From Selaginella moellendorffii (Eukaryota > Plantae > Lycopodiophyta), in NCBI RefSeq assembly GCF_000143415.4, contig NW_003314294.1, positions 546,692 through 610,691 on the forward strand: a DNA stretch of 64,000 bases, written 5' to 3'. Both the position numbers and the translations under genes were made by a program. The notes beneath the pieces are model-generated. The model searched no databases. It saw nothing but the letters and a program-made list of their open reading frames with translations, and was not told the DNA's origin. Below are positions 61,800 through 64,000 of this stretch, piece by piece (within the stretch, counting starts at the first letter, position 1; the number at the start of each line of letters is the position of its first letter).

Positions 61800-63100
61800 T
61801 AACAAAATCCAAAGTGCAACTAACCACTAAGCATAATGTGTATAGAAGAAAGGCATAAAGGTCATCTTTCTTGAAAAACATAATAACTACTTTTTTATGC
61901 CAACTCTAAACTTTATTTAACTCAATTATTTTAGCCCCAAAAGGTAGTATCATTTTTAGGCCACATCATACATACTAAAGTCTAAGCTAATTAAAGTAAA
62001 CTTTAACCTTTTCACTAATTTGCAATAGCTTTCGAAAACAAAATGGTTTTCGGGCAAAATGATTAACAAATTAGCCATTGGAAAAGATTAAGAAGAATGA
62101 TTCTTTGTCCAGGAATACAAATTCTCAAAACTCAACTAACTTCGTCCTACTTACAATTTCACATAAGTTCACCTCAACACAAATTTTTATTACCCAACAA
62201 CATGCTTAAGCATCGAACAACATGCCTATATAATTGACATCCAACAATGATATCTGTAAATGCAAAATAAACACATTAAACTTGATCACAACGATCATGT
62301 CTTTAAATATCCATATTGCAATAATACTCTTCATCAATCACTTTCAAGATCCAATATAAAGCCAAAATATTAATAAGAAAAATGATATGGAAAATCAGGT
62401 TTGAAGGAAAAATTCCCCATCACTCAACATAATAATACCACTTTTACTAACATAAACGTTAGTAATGTTAATGCTTTAACTTTACACATTTTTATCTAAC
62501 AATCTACTCAAAGTACTAATAGATTCACCAATAAGCCATAACAAATGAATGCTATAACTTTTCCATCACCTAATAGGCAAACTTTCAAGGAACTAAGGTA
62601 CTAACATCAATTTAGCATAAAATGGATCACTATCAAGAATCCAATGGGGTTGATCATTATTGACCAAACAACTTCGTAAACTCATTGCTTAAGATCACAT
62701 GAATATAATATAATAATCACAATGACTTGATTATTAATTGAGTAACACTACGAGCAATACCCATATCACTATTATAGCAGTTTATGTGAATATCAAGTGC
62801 CAACTCAATTTAACAAAATGCAACACAAATATCATACCCCACCGATAGAAATTTACATCATCTAACACTACCAACTTTATTCACAACATAGACAAACTCA
62901 TATGACTCTTTTGCTAACCAAACTCATAACTAATCTGATACCAAGCTACTCAAGGAGCAATAACAAGGTTCATTGGAAAAGAATTGAGCATTGCAACTTA
63001 AGCCTTCTAATAGCAAACCCAAGTAAAATTATTTAGCACTTCACTGTTATCCATTCACGACTCACCATTTGTAAAACCATTATGCCCAACATGCATTGAA
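61800..63100 (+). mobile_element. Highly degenerate Ty1/copia pol (RT) remnant
   Basis: KWFSG/KWVF-like near 62040; ITIIAVYVN (YVDD-like) near 62765; HWKRI near 62970. Confidence 0.5.
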
Positions 63101-63512
63101 ATAAAGACCCTTAATTGCATGATGTGAATACGAGCAATGAGATCACCCCTTGTTACAAATTATCTCTTAAAAAAGAGAAAATGATTTTTATGTTTAATCC
63201 TTTATCTCTAATAACTCTTTTCCGTCTCAACTTGACTAAACCTCAAATTTGCTTTCACACTGCCTTCAGTTCAATCAAAGAAAAGTGTATGATAGAGCAT
63301 GGTAATAACTACTTGAACTAATAGACTAATCCTTACAGTCTTGATTGATCCACTTCTAATTATGTTTAGGAAGGATCTATTAGTGCCTTTCTAAATAACT
63401 ATGGACCAGCCTATTCACCACTCTTTACAAACCCAAAGAAGGTTTACTTTAATCTATGGAAAATAGGTTAACATTAATCTTGCTAACTCAAAATGTAACT
63501 TTAACTTACTAA

Positions 63513-64000
63513 TGCGTTATAGCGTATATGATCATAGGATGAAATTTTGATATGTTATTATTGTGGATCCTTGGAACTTTGGGGGATAAATAGGGATAAA
63601 ATAGCCACTAAAGGCTCTCTCATCAAACAATTGCCTTTTTTCCAGTTGGCTTAAGGAGAGAGAGATAGGGTGCACTACATGTGGTATCGGATGTGGTATC
63701 GATTTTTATTGATTAGTAGCTAATTAAAATATAATATACCCTTGAACAAAGTGTATCCTTACTCATAAAAAATTTTAAATCCTATGTATTGGGCATCCAT
63801 ACATATGTTCTTCCTCTTGTGGAGCATGTATAGACGAAGATATCCACTGTGGGATTGCGGTATAGGTGGATGACCTGCCTCACATAAAATAACTGATTAG
63901 TAGAGGTTATTAATCAATAGTTAATAATGACATTGACATCTCTAAAGGGGTGATGAGTATAGCGAATGTGATCAATGAGATGAATTTGGATATACTGTCA
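63513..64000 (+). mobile_element. TRIM: LTR 63513-63679, duplicated PBS, ~270-bp non-coding internal region, PPT, second LTR starting ~63954 and running off the window
   Basis: ...CACTACA|TGTGGTATCGGATGTGGTATCG; AAAGGGGTGA PPT followed by a repeat of the LTR start (TAGCG.AT.TGATCA..GATGAA.TT.GATAT). Confidence 0.75.

Overview
Eukaryotic land-plant DNA. Very short introns (~45-90 nt), tight gene packing, PLS-class PPR genes and intronless GRAS genes suggest the lycophyte Selaginella (inference). There are three zones. (1) 1-27.4 kb: a decayed Ty3/gypsy pol, then a heavily rearranged segmental-duplication cluster built from LISCL-type GRAS genes (three near-identical intact GRAS-A, one intact convergent GRAS-B, an inverted pseudo-pair and fragments), an ABC1-kinase/beta-lactamase fusion gene with partial copies, three disrupted FCP1/SCP-like phosphatases and PPR relics. 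(2) 27.4-48.7 kb: a gene-dense block with class III peroxidase, Alfin-like PHD, SDR, PLS-PPR, a small mitochondrial-type protein, an AT-rich intronless bulb-lectin gene, beta-tubulin, group III WRKY, EF-hand protein, CPI1 pseudogene, an unknown gene, a bacterial-like FAH hydrolase and a scrambled tubulin pseudogene. (3) 48.8-64 kb: AT-rich transposon debris (hAT, SWIM, gypsy gag, copia RT, TRIMs) with three N gaps. The best hidden signals are two Cassandra-like TRIMs whose LTRs carry the 5S rRNA internal promoter, a related 5S-less TRIM, and a two-member family with an unrecognised N-domain plus a GNA lectin, one member inserted into a PPR relic. All family assignments come from motif recognition; no searches were run.
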